From Holophagales bacterium (lineage in GTDB: Bacteria; Acidobacteriota; Thermoanaerobaculia; Multivoradales; UBA5704), in the NCBI GenBank assembly GCA_031390755.1, contig JANMTS010000109.1, positions 5,773 to 69,772 on the forward strand: a DNA stretch of 64,000 nucleotides. The letters are read 5' to 3'. The notes beneath the pieces are model-generated. The model worked only from the letters and a program-made list of their open reading frames with translations. It ran no database searches and had not been told where the DNA came from. The translations under genes were made by a program, and so were the position numbers. Shown here piece by piece: positions 9,413 to 17,312 of this stretch; the first letter of the stretch is position 1, and each line of letters starts with the position of its first letter.

Positions 9413-10318
9413 ATGGAATCCGTGCTCTGGCAAAGCGACCTCCCCGGCTTCGGCCCGCCCCGGCGGGGCAAGGTCCGGGACGTGTACGACCTCGGAGAGA
9501 CCCTGCTCATCGTCGCCTCGGACCGGCTGTCCGCCTACGACTTCGTGCTCCAGCCGGGGATCCCGGACAAGGGAAAGATCCTCAACCAGCTCTCGAACTT
9601 CTGGTTCGAGAAGCTCGCGGACGTGGTGCCGAACCACCTGCTCGCCACGGACCCCGCGGACTTCCCCGCAGCTCTCGCGCCGTTCAAGGATGTGCTTCGG
9701 GGCCGCTCCGTCCTGGTGCGCCGCGCCAGGGTGGTGCCGTTCGAGTGCGTGGCCCGCGGCTACCTGGCCGGCAGCGGCTACCGCGAGTACCGGGCCTCGC
9801 ACACGGTCTGCGGCATTCCGCTGCCCGCCAATCTGGACCGGGCGAGCCCGCTTCCCCACCCCATCTTCACCCCGGCGACCAAGGCCGCCGAGGGGCACGA
9901 CGAGAATTGCACCTTCGAGATCGTCGAGCAGGCCCTGGGCCTGGAGCTGGCCACCCGGCTCCGCGACCTGACGCTCGATCTCTATACGAAGGGGGCCTCG
10001 GCGGTCGCCGAGCGCGACCTGATTCTGGCGGACACGAAGTTCGAGTTCGGGTTCGCTGACGACTCGGACGCCGGAACCCTCCTCCTGATCGACGAGGTGA
10101 TGACGCCGGATTCGTCGCGCTACTGGGACGTCAAGCGCTGGGTCCCCGGCGAAGAGCCGGCCTCGTTCGACAAGCAGTACGTGCGGAACTGGCTGGACGA
10201 TTCCGGCTGGGACCACCAGTCTCCCCCGCCCGTCCTGCCCGAGGAGGTGGTGAGGGGAACCCGCGAGCGCTACATCGAGGCGTTCCGGAAGATCACGGGG
10301 CGGGAGCCGGAGCTGTAA
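9413..10318 (+). CDS. purC: Phosphoribosylaminoimidazole-succinocarboxamide synthase (SAICAR synthetase)
   Basis: 301 aa starting MESVLWQSDLPGF..GKVRDVYDLGETLLIVASDRLSAYD..ADTKFEFG..LIDEVMTPDSSRYW, which are hallmark PurC motifs. Confidence 0.92.
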   Translation: MESVLWQSDLPGFGPPRRGKVRDVYDLGETLLIVASDRLSAYDFVLQPGIPDKGKILNQLSNFWFEKLADVVPNHLLATDPADFPAALAPFKDVLRGRSVLVRRARVVPFECVARGYLAGSGYREYRASHTVCGIPLPANLDRASPLPHPIFTPATKAAEGHDENCTFEIVEQALGLELATRLRDLTLDLYTKGASAVAERDLILADTKFEFGFADDSDAGTLLLIDEVMTPDSSRYWDVKRWVPGEEPASFDKQYVRNWLDDSGWDHQSPPPVLPEEVVRGTRERYIEAFRKITGREPEL

Positions 10319-10402
10319 GAGGGTGTTTGGAAAGGCTGGGGCCGGGGGTGAGGGCCGCAGGCCTCAGACGCCCGAGGAACGGGACTTTCCAAACACCCTC
10401 TT
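10317..10402. repeat. Perfect 18-bp inverted repeat (aagagggtgtttggaaag / ctttccaaacaccctctt) with a 50-nt spacer between convergent genes
   Basis: The left arm 10317..10334 starts inside the purC stop codon. The right arm 10385..10402 encodes the ..KRVFGK.. C-terminus of the small minus-strand ORF. The spacer contains ggggccgggggtgaggg, which resembles the terminus of the element at 51671..51867. Confidence 0.7.
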
Positions 10403-10558
10403 GATCTCGTCCTGGGAGACGACTCGCCCCTCGTTCGCCGCCTGAAGCCCGATCGCGATTTTTTGACGCACATAGAGCTCATAGAGAAGCTCATCCCAGG
10501 TGGCGTGATCAGGCAGACGCTCAATCACCTGCAGCGCTTCCTCCTTGACCGTACTCAA
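10364..10558 (-). CDS. Small (64 aa) antitoxin-like protein with no cognate toxin gene adjacent
   Basis: TTG start preceded by a strong AAGGAGGA. The sequence ..VIERLPDHATWDELLYELYVRQKIAIGLQAANEGRVVSQDEIKRVF resembles a small-protein family usually found as the antitoxin-side partner of type II TA pairs (recognised from memory, not searched). Confidence 0.5.
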   Translation of the reverse strand: MSTVKEEALQVIERLPDHATWDELLYELYVRQKIAIGLQAANEGRVVSQDEIKRVFGKSRSSGV

Positions 10559-10645
10559 CCGATCCTCCTTGTCACCGTCCCTCCATCAGCCTCAATCTTA
10601 CCAGCCCGAAGCGGCTCCATGCAGGAGGCCGAGTCCATGGATTCT

Positions 10646-10885
10646 GTTGCAACCAGCCCGCAACTCACAGCAGAAACCCTGTCATCTCGCGTCAAGCTCT
10701 TGTTTGTCGCATCCGCAAACCCGCGAGTCGCATCAGAAATCCTGCTTGTTGCATCAACTCACGGCATTGTCGCATCCACAACCTGAACTTCTGCTGCGAC
10801 AAACAGGGAATCGGATGCGACTCGCGGGGATTCTGATGTGACAAACGAGGTTTCTGCTGCGACAAACTCGTTTGTCGCAGCAGAA
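10646..10885. repeat. Phased short-motif array: 4 forward + 4 reverse GT(C/T)GCA cores at exactly 21-bp spacing, ending in a 34-bp perfect palindrome
   Basis: Forward GTCGCA/GTTGCA cores are at 10706, 10727, 10748 and 10769. Reverse TGCGAC/TGTGAC cores are at 10795, 10816, 10837 and 10858, with one more forward at 10874. The palindrome is ttctgctgcgacaaac-tc-gtttgtcgcagcagaa at 10852..10885. A 15-bp inverted pair cccgcgagtcgcatc (10720..10734) / gatgcgactcgcggg (10814..10828) is also present. G+C is about 53% in the one 60-nt line I counted. Confidence 0.8.
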
Positions 10886-10919
10886 TTCGGGAAGTTCGCG
10901 TCAAAAAACTCGGGTGGTT

Positions 10920-12368
10920 CTAGCGCACGGCGCCCAGCAGGTACTTGATGTTCTCGTCGTTCCAGCGGATGCCGCCGCCGAGGAAGTACGAGTCGTTCTC
11001 CAGGAAGTCGTCGTAGCCTCCCAGCAGGTACAGGTTGGGATGGAAGCGCCAGCGGCCGGTCAGGCGCAGATGCGGGGAGAGATCCTGCGGCCGGCTGAAG
11101 TCGAAGGCCTCGAACGAGACCAGGAAGCGGTCGCTGAGCAACGGCATCTCCACCTGGGCGCCGCCGGTGTTCTCGATCAGGCCGGCGAACAAGCGGATGT
11201 CGCGCGGCGCGCGGTAGCCGAAGAGCGCGGTGGCCGCGTAGGTCTTCTCGTTCGTGATGGTGCTGATGGTCGTCGTGTCGACCGAGCCGTTCGGGTTGGT
11301 CACGGTCACGGTCTGGGACTTCTCCCGCCGCTTGCCGCCCGGCGGGCTGCTCACGCCGGCCCGGTAGAGCCGCGTCTTGTCCTGCGGGTCGATGTCCAGG
11401 AGGAATGTGGTCTGGGACTCCTCGGGATCTCCCAGGTAGTAGCCCTGCAGATCGAGGTCGATCTTGAACTTGTTCACCGCACCGAGGGTGCCGCTCAGGG
11501 TCTCGACGCCGCCCTGGATGCTGTCCAGGGTCGAGAGCACCTGGTCGTAGGCCTTCTCGTCGTTGACGAGTTTGCCGATCGTCCCCTCGCCGCTGGCGAT
11601 CTTGCCGGAGATCTTGTTGACGTTGTCGACCGACACCTGAAGCCGGTCGGTGACCTCGCGGATGTTCGCGAGGCTGGTCGAGACGTTGCCGCGGTTGTCG
11701 GCGACGAGGGTCTCGATCTGGCGCAGGGTGCGGTCCATCTGATCGGCGAGCCGGGGCAGCTCGCTGGCCAGGATGGCGCTCGCCTGGTTCGCGTTGGCCA
11801 GGGTCGAGGAGAGGTTCGCGCGGTTCTCGGCCACCACCAGGCGGATCTCCCGGCTGGTCAGCTCGAACTCCGAGATCAGGCGGTTGATGCTGTCCCCCAG
11901 ACTGGCCCCGGAGAGCGAGCCGGTGATCTGCTGGATCGAGGTGCCGATGTCGTTGATCTTGGCGATGGCCTCGTCGATGCTGGGCGGCGTCTTGCCTGGG
12001 AGGACCGCGCCGGGCGCCAGCAGCGGCGCATCCAGGGGGCCGGGAATGAGCTCGATGTACTTCTCCCCGAGGAGGCCCAGGTTGGCCACCCGCGCGTAGC
12101 TGCCCTCGGTCAGGTTGACCGGCTGCTCCAGCACGAGCGTCACCCGCGCGCGGCGGCCGCTCAGGCCCACGGAGTCGACGCGGCCCACGCGCACACCCGC
12201 CACGCGCACGGTCGCCTTGTCGTCGAGGCCGGCGACGGAGTCGAACTCCGCCTGGATCTTCTTGTCGTCCTTGGCGAATGGATTGAGGTCTTCGATCTTC
12301 CAGACCAGAACCGCGAGGACAATGAGACAGATGGTGGCAAAGAGGCCCACCTTGACAACTTGGTTCAT
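10920..12368 (-). CDS. mlaD: MlaD/MCE-domain protein (long form, coiled-coil plus C-terminal domain)
   Basis: Start at MNQVVKVGLFATICLIVLAVLVW (GGAGGGG upstream). The MCE domain reads AEFDSVAGLDDKATVRVAGVRVGRVDSVGL, followed by long helical repeats. Stop is TAG. Confidence 0.8.
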   Translation of the reverse strand: MNQVVKVGLFATICLIVLAVLVWKIEDLNPFAKDDKKIQAEFDSVAGLDDKATVRVAGVRVGRVDSVGLSGRRARVTLVLEQPVNLTEGSYARVANLGLLGEKYIELIPGPLDAPLLAPGAVLPGKTPPSIDEAIAKINDIGTSIQQITGSLSGASLGDSINRLISEFELTSREIRLVVAENRANLSSTLANANQASAILASELPRLADQMDRTLRQIETLVADNRGNVSTSLANIREVTDRLQVSVDNVNKISGKIASGEGTIGKLVNDEKAYDQVLSTLDSIQGGVETLSGTLGAVNKFKIDLDLQGYYLGDPEESQTTFLLDIDPQDKTRLYRAGVSSPPGGKRREKSQTVTVTNPNGSVDTTTISTITNEKTYAATALFGYRAPRDIRLFAGLIENTGGAQVEMPLLSDRFLVSFEAFDFSRPQDLSPHLRLTGRWRFHPNLYLLGGYDDFLENDSYFLGGGIRWNDENIKYLLGAVR

Positions 12369-12438
12369 CGACACCCCTCCGGCCTTGAGTCTATCAGCAG
12401 GCACCCTGATCGGACGGATCGACTATGCTCAAAACCCG

Positions 12439-14472
12439 ATGATGCCGGCGTCCCGCCCGAACCCCACCCTCTTCCTCGCCTTGCCAGCCCTTCTGGCAAT
12501 CCCGGTGCTCCTCGCGGCGACCTCCGGCGAGACCGCGATCCAGCCGCGGGCGCTCGTGGGGGTGGCGGCGGTCCTGCTGGTCGCCGCTCTGGCCGGCCTG
12601 GGCCTGGGTGAGGGCCGGAGGTGGATCGATCTCTCCGCGTCCGCCACCCTGGGGATCGCCGCCAGCCATCTCCTCTTCGCTCCGGGCCTGCCCTGGGGGC
12701 ACGACACGTTCCACCATCTCTGGGGCGTCTGGGCCATGAGCCGGGAGATCGGCTGGGACAATCCTCTTCCTCTCTGGCTCCACGGAATCGGGTTCGGCCT
12801 GCCGCTCCTGGAGCTGTACGGTCCGGCGGGATTCTACGTCGCGCTCCCCTTCTCCCTGGCCGGGCTGGGTCCGGCCGCCGCGCTCAAGGGGGCTTTCCTC
12901 GCCTTCGGGGCGCTCGGAGCCGCGGGCATGAACGCCGCGGTCCTGAGCTGGACCGGGGACCGGCGCGCCGCCCTGGTTGCGGCGGCGGCCTACGCCTTCG
13001 CGCCTTACCGGCTCCTCGATCAGCACTACCGGGCGGCGTTCGGAGAGAGCGCCGGCATGGCGGTCTTTCCCTTCCTCTTCCTGCTGGGCACGGAGGCGAT
13101 GCGGGCAGGCGGGCGGCGGCGGATGGCGGCCGGCATGGTGATCACCGCCCTGCTCTTCGTCACCCACCCCATCAGCGCCCTGATCGGCGCGGCCGGACTG
13201 GGAATCTGGGCTCTGGCGATCCCCGGACGCCTCAGAGCGGTCTCCCGCCTGGCTGGAATCTGGCTGGGCGGTGCGGCGCTGGCGGGCTTCTTTCTCCTCC
13301 CCTTTGCCGCCGGCCTGCGCCACACGGGTCTCGGCGGGCTCGCGATGGGGGACGAGAAAAGCCTCTTCGAGACTCACGGTCTTGCGCCCGCCGACCTCCT
13401 GGAGCGCCGCCTCTGGACGCATCTCGACATCTCGCTCCCGTCGACCGACCCTCAGGAAGGCACGGATGCCGAGATGCCGTTCTACTTCGGCCTGGTCCTC
13501 CTGGCGCTGGTTCCGCTCGGCGCCTTCGCGAGACGGGACGCCTCCCGGCCTCTCGCCTGGCTGACCGCATCCGCCCTGGCCGTGACGCTGAAGCCGGTGG
13601 CCGGCGCGCTCCTGCTCGTCGTGCCGTCCCTGGCTGTCCTCCAGTTCCCCTGGCGCTTCCTCGGCCTCGCCGCGTTCGGAGCGTCCGCCCTGGCCGGGCT
13701 CGCCGCGGCCCGGCTCCTGGAGCTGGGACAGGGCCGGCTCTGGAAGGCTCTGGTTCCGGGAGCCCTCGCCGCGCTGCTCGTCTTCGACGCCTTTCCCTTC
13801 ACGGGCGCGCCGGGCTGGCTTCCCGTCCGGCAGGATCTCGCGTCCCCTCGCGAGCCCCACCCGCTTCGCGCCGCGGGCCTCGTTCTCCCCTCGGAGGACG
13901 ACACCTCCTACTTCTGCTGCGCCTACTCGGAGTTCTCGCCGCGGCCGGCCTGGAACCGCGTCACCTCGGCCCGGGACCGGGCGGTCCTCGTTCGGGCCGG
14001 CGTCGGCCTCGTCGTCGAGCCGGGCTCGCAGACATCCGTCCGGCTGCCCGCGGAGCCCTACGCCGTCCAGCGGTGGGATTCGGGCCGGGCTCGGGCCCTC
14101 ACCCGCTTCACCCGCTCCCAGGGCGAGATCACGGTGGAGCTGGAAAGGGACGCGGGGGCGGTCGCCGGCAGGGTGGAGATTCTCGAAGCGTTCTATCCGG
14201 GCTGGCAGGTCTGGAGAGAGGACGGCTGGCGCGACGTCGAGCCGACCGCCGACGGGTTCCTTCAGGCGCGGGTGGAGCCGGGAGCGCCGGGATCGAGAAC
14301 GACTGTCCGGTTCCGCTTCCACCGCTGGACCCGCGTCCGCACGGCCGGCCGGCTGCTCACCGGGGCGGCCGCGGCGGTGCTGATGGCTTGCGTTGGCTGG
14401 CCTCGTCGGAGAGCGGCCCCTCCGCCCGGCCCTGCAGGAACTGCTGAACCCGCGGCTCGTCCAGCACCTTGA
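12439..14472 (+). CDS. Polytopic membrane protein, PTPS-related/GT-C-like family
   Basis: Start at MMPASRPNP. It has many TM segments and the motif PWGHDTFHHLWGVWAMSREIGWDNPLPLWLHGIGFGLPLLELYGPAGFY, typical of the membrane '6-pyruvoyl-tetrahydropterin synthase-related' family. Its 3' end overlaps mlaF convergently by 116 nt. Confidence 0.7.
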   Translation: MMPASRPNPTLFLALPALLAIPVLLAATSGETAIQPRALVGVAAVLLVAALAGLGLGEGRRWIDLSASATLGIAASHLLFAPGLPWGHDTFHHLWGVWAMSREIGWDNPLPLWLHGIGFGLPLLELYGPAGFYVALPFSLAGLGPAAALKGAFLAFGALGAAGMNAAVLSWTGDRRAALVAAAAYAFAPYRLLDQHYRAAFGESAGMAVFPFLFLLGTEAMRAGGRRRMAAGMVITALLFVTHPISALIGAAGLGIWALAIPGRLRAVSRLAGIWLGGAALAGFFLLPFAAGLRHTGLGGLAMGDEKSLFETHGLAPADLLERRLWTHLDISLPSTDPQEGTDAEMPFYFGLVLLALVPLGAFARRDASRPLAWLTASALAVTLKPVAGALLLVVPSLAVLQFPWRFLGLAAFGASALAGLAAARLLELGQGRLWKALVPGALAALLVFDAFPFTGAPGWLPVRQDLASPREPHPLRAAGLVLPSEDDTSYFCCAYSEFSPRPAWNRVTSARDRAVLVRAGVGLVVEPGSQTSVRLPAEPYAVQRWDSGRARALTRFTRSQGEITVELERDAGAVAGRVEILEAFYPGWQVWREDGWRDVEPTADGFLQARVEPGAPGSRTTVRFRFHRWTRVRTAGRLLTGAAAAVLMACVGWPRRRAAPPPGPAGTAEPAARPAP

Positions 14473-15178
14473 ACTCGGCCGGCGGCGCCGAGGCGATGAT
14501 CGTCCCCTTGTGGATCATGGCGATGCGGTCGCCGATGCGGAAAGCGCTCGCCATGTCGTGGGTGATCGTCACCGTCGTGGTCTTCAGGCGGTCGTTCAAG
14601 TCCACGATCACCTCGTCGACCAGCGCCGTGGTCACGGGATCGAGACCGGTCGTCGGCTCGTCGAAGAGCAGGATCTCGGGGCTGTGGGCCACGGCGCGAG
14701 CGAAACCCACCCGGCGCCGCATGCCGCCGGAGAGCTGCGAGGGGAGCTTCTCCTCCACCCCCTCCAGGCGCACCATGGAGAGGCACTCCTTCACGCGGTC
14801 GTCGATCTCTTTGCGGCTCATCTTCGTCAGCCGCTGAAGCGGGAACGCCACGTTCTGCCAGATGCTCATGGAGTCGAACAGGGCGCCTTCCTGGAAGGCC
14901 ATGCCGAACTTGCGGCGGAACTCGGTGATCTCGCGGTTGCCGAGGCTCTCGACCGCGACGCCGTCCACCTCCACCGTGCCCGAGTCGGGCTTGAGCAGGC
15001 CGATGACGTGCTTGAGCAGCACGCTCTTGCCCGTGCCCGAGCCGCCGATGATGACCAGCGACTCGCCCGCGGCCACGTCGAGGTTCACGCCGTCGAGCAC
15101 CACCTTGGGGCCGAAGGCCTTGTAAAGCTCGCGGATGCGGATCTTGGGCCGGGTCTTGGACTGTAGGGAGTCGGCCAT
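14357..15178 (-). CDS. mlaF: Mla/Ttg2-type ABC ATPase
   Basis: 273 aa: IRIRELYKAFGPKVVLDGVNL..GGSGTGKSVLLKHV, LSGGMRRRVGFARAV, LLFDEPTTGLDP. Confidence 0.88.
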   Translation of the reverse strand: MADSLQSKTRPKIRIRELYKAFGPKVVLDGVNLDVAAGESLVIIGGSGTGKSVLLKHVIGLLKPDSGTVEVDGVAVESLGNREITEFRRKFGMAFQEGALFDSMSIWQNVAFPLQRLTKMSRKEIDDRVKECLSMVRLEGVEEKLPSQLSGGMRRRVGFARAVAHSPEILLFDEPTTGLDPVTTALVDEVIVDLNDRLKTTTVTITHDMASAFRIGDRIAMIHKGTIIASAPPAEFKVLDEPRVQQFLQGRAEGPLSDEASQRKPSAPPRPPR

Positions 15179-16030
15179 CTAGAAGAGCGCCCGGGTGAGG
15201 AAGAAGTCGGAGATGAGGATGGCGATGCTCGCCACGACCACGGCGGACGTGGTGGCGCGGCCGACGCCCTCGGCGCCCCCGCTGGTATAGAAGCCCTTCT
15301 GGCAGCCGACCGCGGCGAGCAGGAAGCCGAAGACCGCGGCCTTGATGAGCCCGGTGACGAGATCGGTCATTTCCATGAACTGGAAGGACCGGTCCGTGTA
15401 GGTCACCGGATTGGCGCCCATGAGCACCACGGCCACCAGGTAGCCGCCGAGGATGCCGACGGCGTTGCCCATCAGCACCAGGAGCGGCAGCATGATCGAG
15501 GCGGCCCAGACCCGCGGCACCACCAGGTAGTGGACCGGGTCGGTCGCCATGACCTCCAGCGCGTCGATCTGCTCGGTGACCCGCATGGTGCCGAGCTCGG
15601 CGCCCATGGCCGAGCCGGCGCGGCCGGCCACGATCAGGCCGGTGAGAACCGGCGACAGCTCGCGCACCATGGAGAGCGACACGCCCGAGCCCACGAAGCT
15701 CTCGGCGTTGATCCGGCGCAGCACCGCGAACATCTGGAGCGCCAGCACCATGCCGGTGAACAGCGTGGTCAGGAAGACCACGGGGATCGAGTTGAAGCCG
15801 ACCTTGACCATCTGGCGGAACAGCTCCTTCAGGTCGAACGGCCGCCGGGGCGTCCACGCGAAGATGCGCCCGACCATCTGGACGAAGCGGCCCATGTCCT
15901 CGAAGTAGCGCTCCAGGGCACCGGGCATGCGGACGCCCTTCCGCGGCTTGACCGCCGGTTCGACCGCCTTTTCGTCCCGCGATCGGACCTCTTTGCCCTC
16001 CCACCCTTCTGCCTTCCTGTCCTTCTCCAT
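15179..16030 (-). CDS. mlaE: Mla/Ttg2-type ABC permease
   Basis: I start it at MEKDRK.. (GGGAGGA upstream, 1 nt after the alr stop) rather than at the track's 16150. The MlaE core reads FRQMVKVGFNSIPVVFLTTLFTGMVLALQ..GAELGTMRVTEQIDALEVMA..; stop is TAG. The exact start is uncertain. Confidence 0.85.
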   Translation of the reverse strand: MEKDRKAEGWEGKEVRSRDEKAVEPAVKPRKGVRMPGALERYFEDMGRFVQMVGRIFAWTPRRPFDLKELFRQMVKVGFNSIPVVFLTTLFTGMVLALQMFAVLRRINAESFVGSGVSLSMVRELSPVLTGLIVAGRAGSAMGAELGTMRVTEQIDALEVMATDPVHYLVVPRVWAASIMLPLLVLMGNAVGILGGYLVAVVLMGANPVTYTDRSFQFMEMTDLVTGLIKAAVFGFLLAAVGCQKGFYTSGGAEGVGRATTSAVVVASIAILISDFFLTRALF

Positions 16031-16031
16031 C

Positions 16032-17312
16032 TCAGCCGTCCTCCCGGGAGAATCTCGACACGAGCTCCAGCACCCGCCCGCCGCGCACGTAGCGCCGCGG
16101 CAGGCGCAGCCCCAGGTGGCAGAGGATCTCCCAGGAGATCGTCCCGGCATGCGTGGCGATCTCCAGAGCCGGAATCTCCTCGTCTCCCTGCCGGCCGAGC
16201 AGCACGACCTCGTCCCCCAGCTCGGCGCCGGTCTCGGTCACGTCGAGCATCGTCATGTCCATGGTCACCGATCCCGCGATGGGCACCCTCCGGCCGCGGA
16301 CCAGGGCCTCGGCCTTGCCGGTGAGGCGCCACGCGTAGCCGTCAGCATAGCCCACCGGCACCACCGCGATGCGGCTGCGGCGCCGGGTCACGGTCCGGCC
16401 GCCGTAGGAAATCGGCGTTCCCGCCGGCACTTCGCGGATCTGGACGATCCTCGCCTTGACCGACATCACGGGCTGCAGATCCCGGGCCTCGGGATTGCGC
16501 GGCTCCCCCGGACGCTCGGCGGGATCGACACCGTAGACGGCGATCCCGAGCCGGACCAGGGTGAACCGGCTCTGCGGCCGGTACAGGCTGGCCGCGCTGT
16601 TCGCCATGTGGATCTCGATGCCGTTGCGCTCCGGCTCGGTGAGCAGGCCGAGAACCTCGTCGAAGCGCCGCGCCTGGAGGTCGTTGCGCAGGCTGAGCAG
16701 GTCGTCGGCGTCGCCGAAGTGCGAGAGCAGGCCGGCGAGGCGGAGGCCCGGCGTGCTGCGCAGGGTCTCCAGAGACTGCGGCACCTCGTCCATGGCCACG
16801 CCGAGGCGGCCCATGCCGGTGTTGACCTTGAGGTGGACGGGCTGGGGACGGCTCTGGCCCGCGGCCCAGTCCCGCCACAAGGCCAGCTCGGCGAGGCTCG
16901 AAACCGTCGGGATCAGGCGGTAGCGCCGGTAGAGCGAGATCTTGGCCGGCCGGGCGGTCCCCAGGACGAGGATCGGCACGTCGATGCCGGCGCGCCGCAG
17001 CTCCGCGCCTTCTTCAAGAAGGGCTACGCCGAGCCAGTCGACGCCGGCCTCGGCCAGGGCGCGGCTGACGCCGACGGCGCCATGGCCGTAGGCGTCGGCC
17101 TTGACCACGGCCATGGTGCGGGTGCCGGGCTCCAGGCGGGAGCGTACGGCGGCCAGGTTGTGGTCGAGAGCCTCCAGGTCGACGTCGACCCAGGCGGGCC
17201 GCAGAGCGGCTTCGAGATCGTCGACGCCGGTCCCGGCCGATTCGATCGCGGCCCCGGCCGCTGTCTCGCCCTGGGCGTCAGAACGGCGGGGGGGCACTGT
17301 TGTCCAGGCCAT
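16032..17312 (-). CDS. alr: Alanine racemase
   Basis: AWVDVDLEALDHNLAAVRS..MAVVKADAYGHGAV (PLP-Lys motif)..VSYGG-like ISYGGRT..; the start overlaps the dnaB 3' end by 35 nt. Confidence 0.9.
   Translation of the reverse strand: MAWTTVPPRRSDAQGETAAGAAIESAGTGVDDLEAALRPAWVDVDLEALDHNLAAVRSRLEPGTRTMAVVKADAYGHGAVGVSRALAEAGVDWLGVALLEEGAELRRAGIDVPILVLGTARPAKISLYRRYRLIPTVSSLAELALWRDWAAGQSRPQPVHLKVNTGMGRLGVAMDEVPQSLETLRSTPGLRLAGLLSHFGDADDLLSLRNDLQARRFDEVLGLLTEPERNGIEIHMANSAASLYRPQSRFTLVRLGIAVYGVDPAERPGEPRNPEARDLQPVMSVKARIVQIREVPAGTPISYGGRTVTRRRSRIAVVPVGYADGYAWRLTGKAEALVRGRRVPIAGSVTMDMTMLDVTETGAELGDEVVLLGRQGDEEIPALEIATHAGTISWEILCHLGLRLPRRYVRGGRVLELVSRFSREDG

Noticed and set aside
5278-9510. A 1410-aa minus-strand ORF in the track.
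   Set aside because: Only its last 333 codons (5278..6279, the DppF-like ATPase) look like real protein. The remainder is Arg/Gly/Pro/Ala-rich low-complexity sequence. It lies out of frame over the DppD-like gene and antisense to the well-supported cyclase-like and purC genes. This is a typical high-GC shadow ORF.
12394-16004. Long minus-strand ORFs 12394..14322 (642 aa) and 14262..16004 (580 aa), with similar plus-strand ORFs over the mlaFE, alr and NRPS regions.
   Set aside because: Their composition is Arg/Gly/Pro/Ala-dominated with no motifs. Each is out of frame with or antisense to a gene that has clear family signatures.
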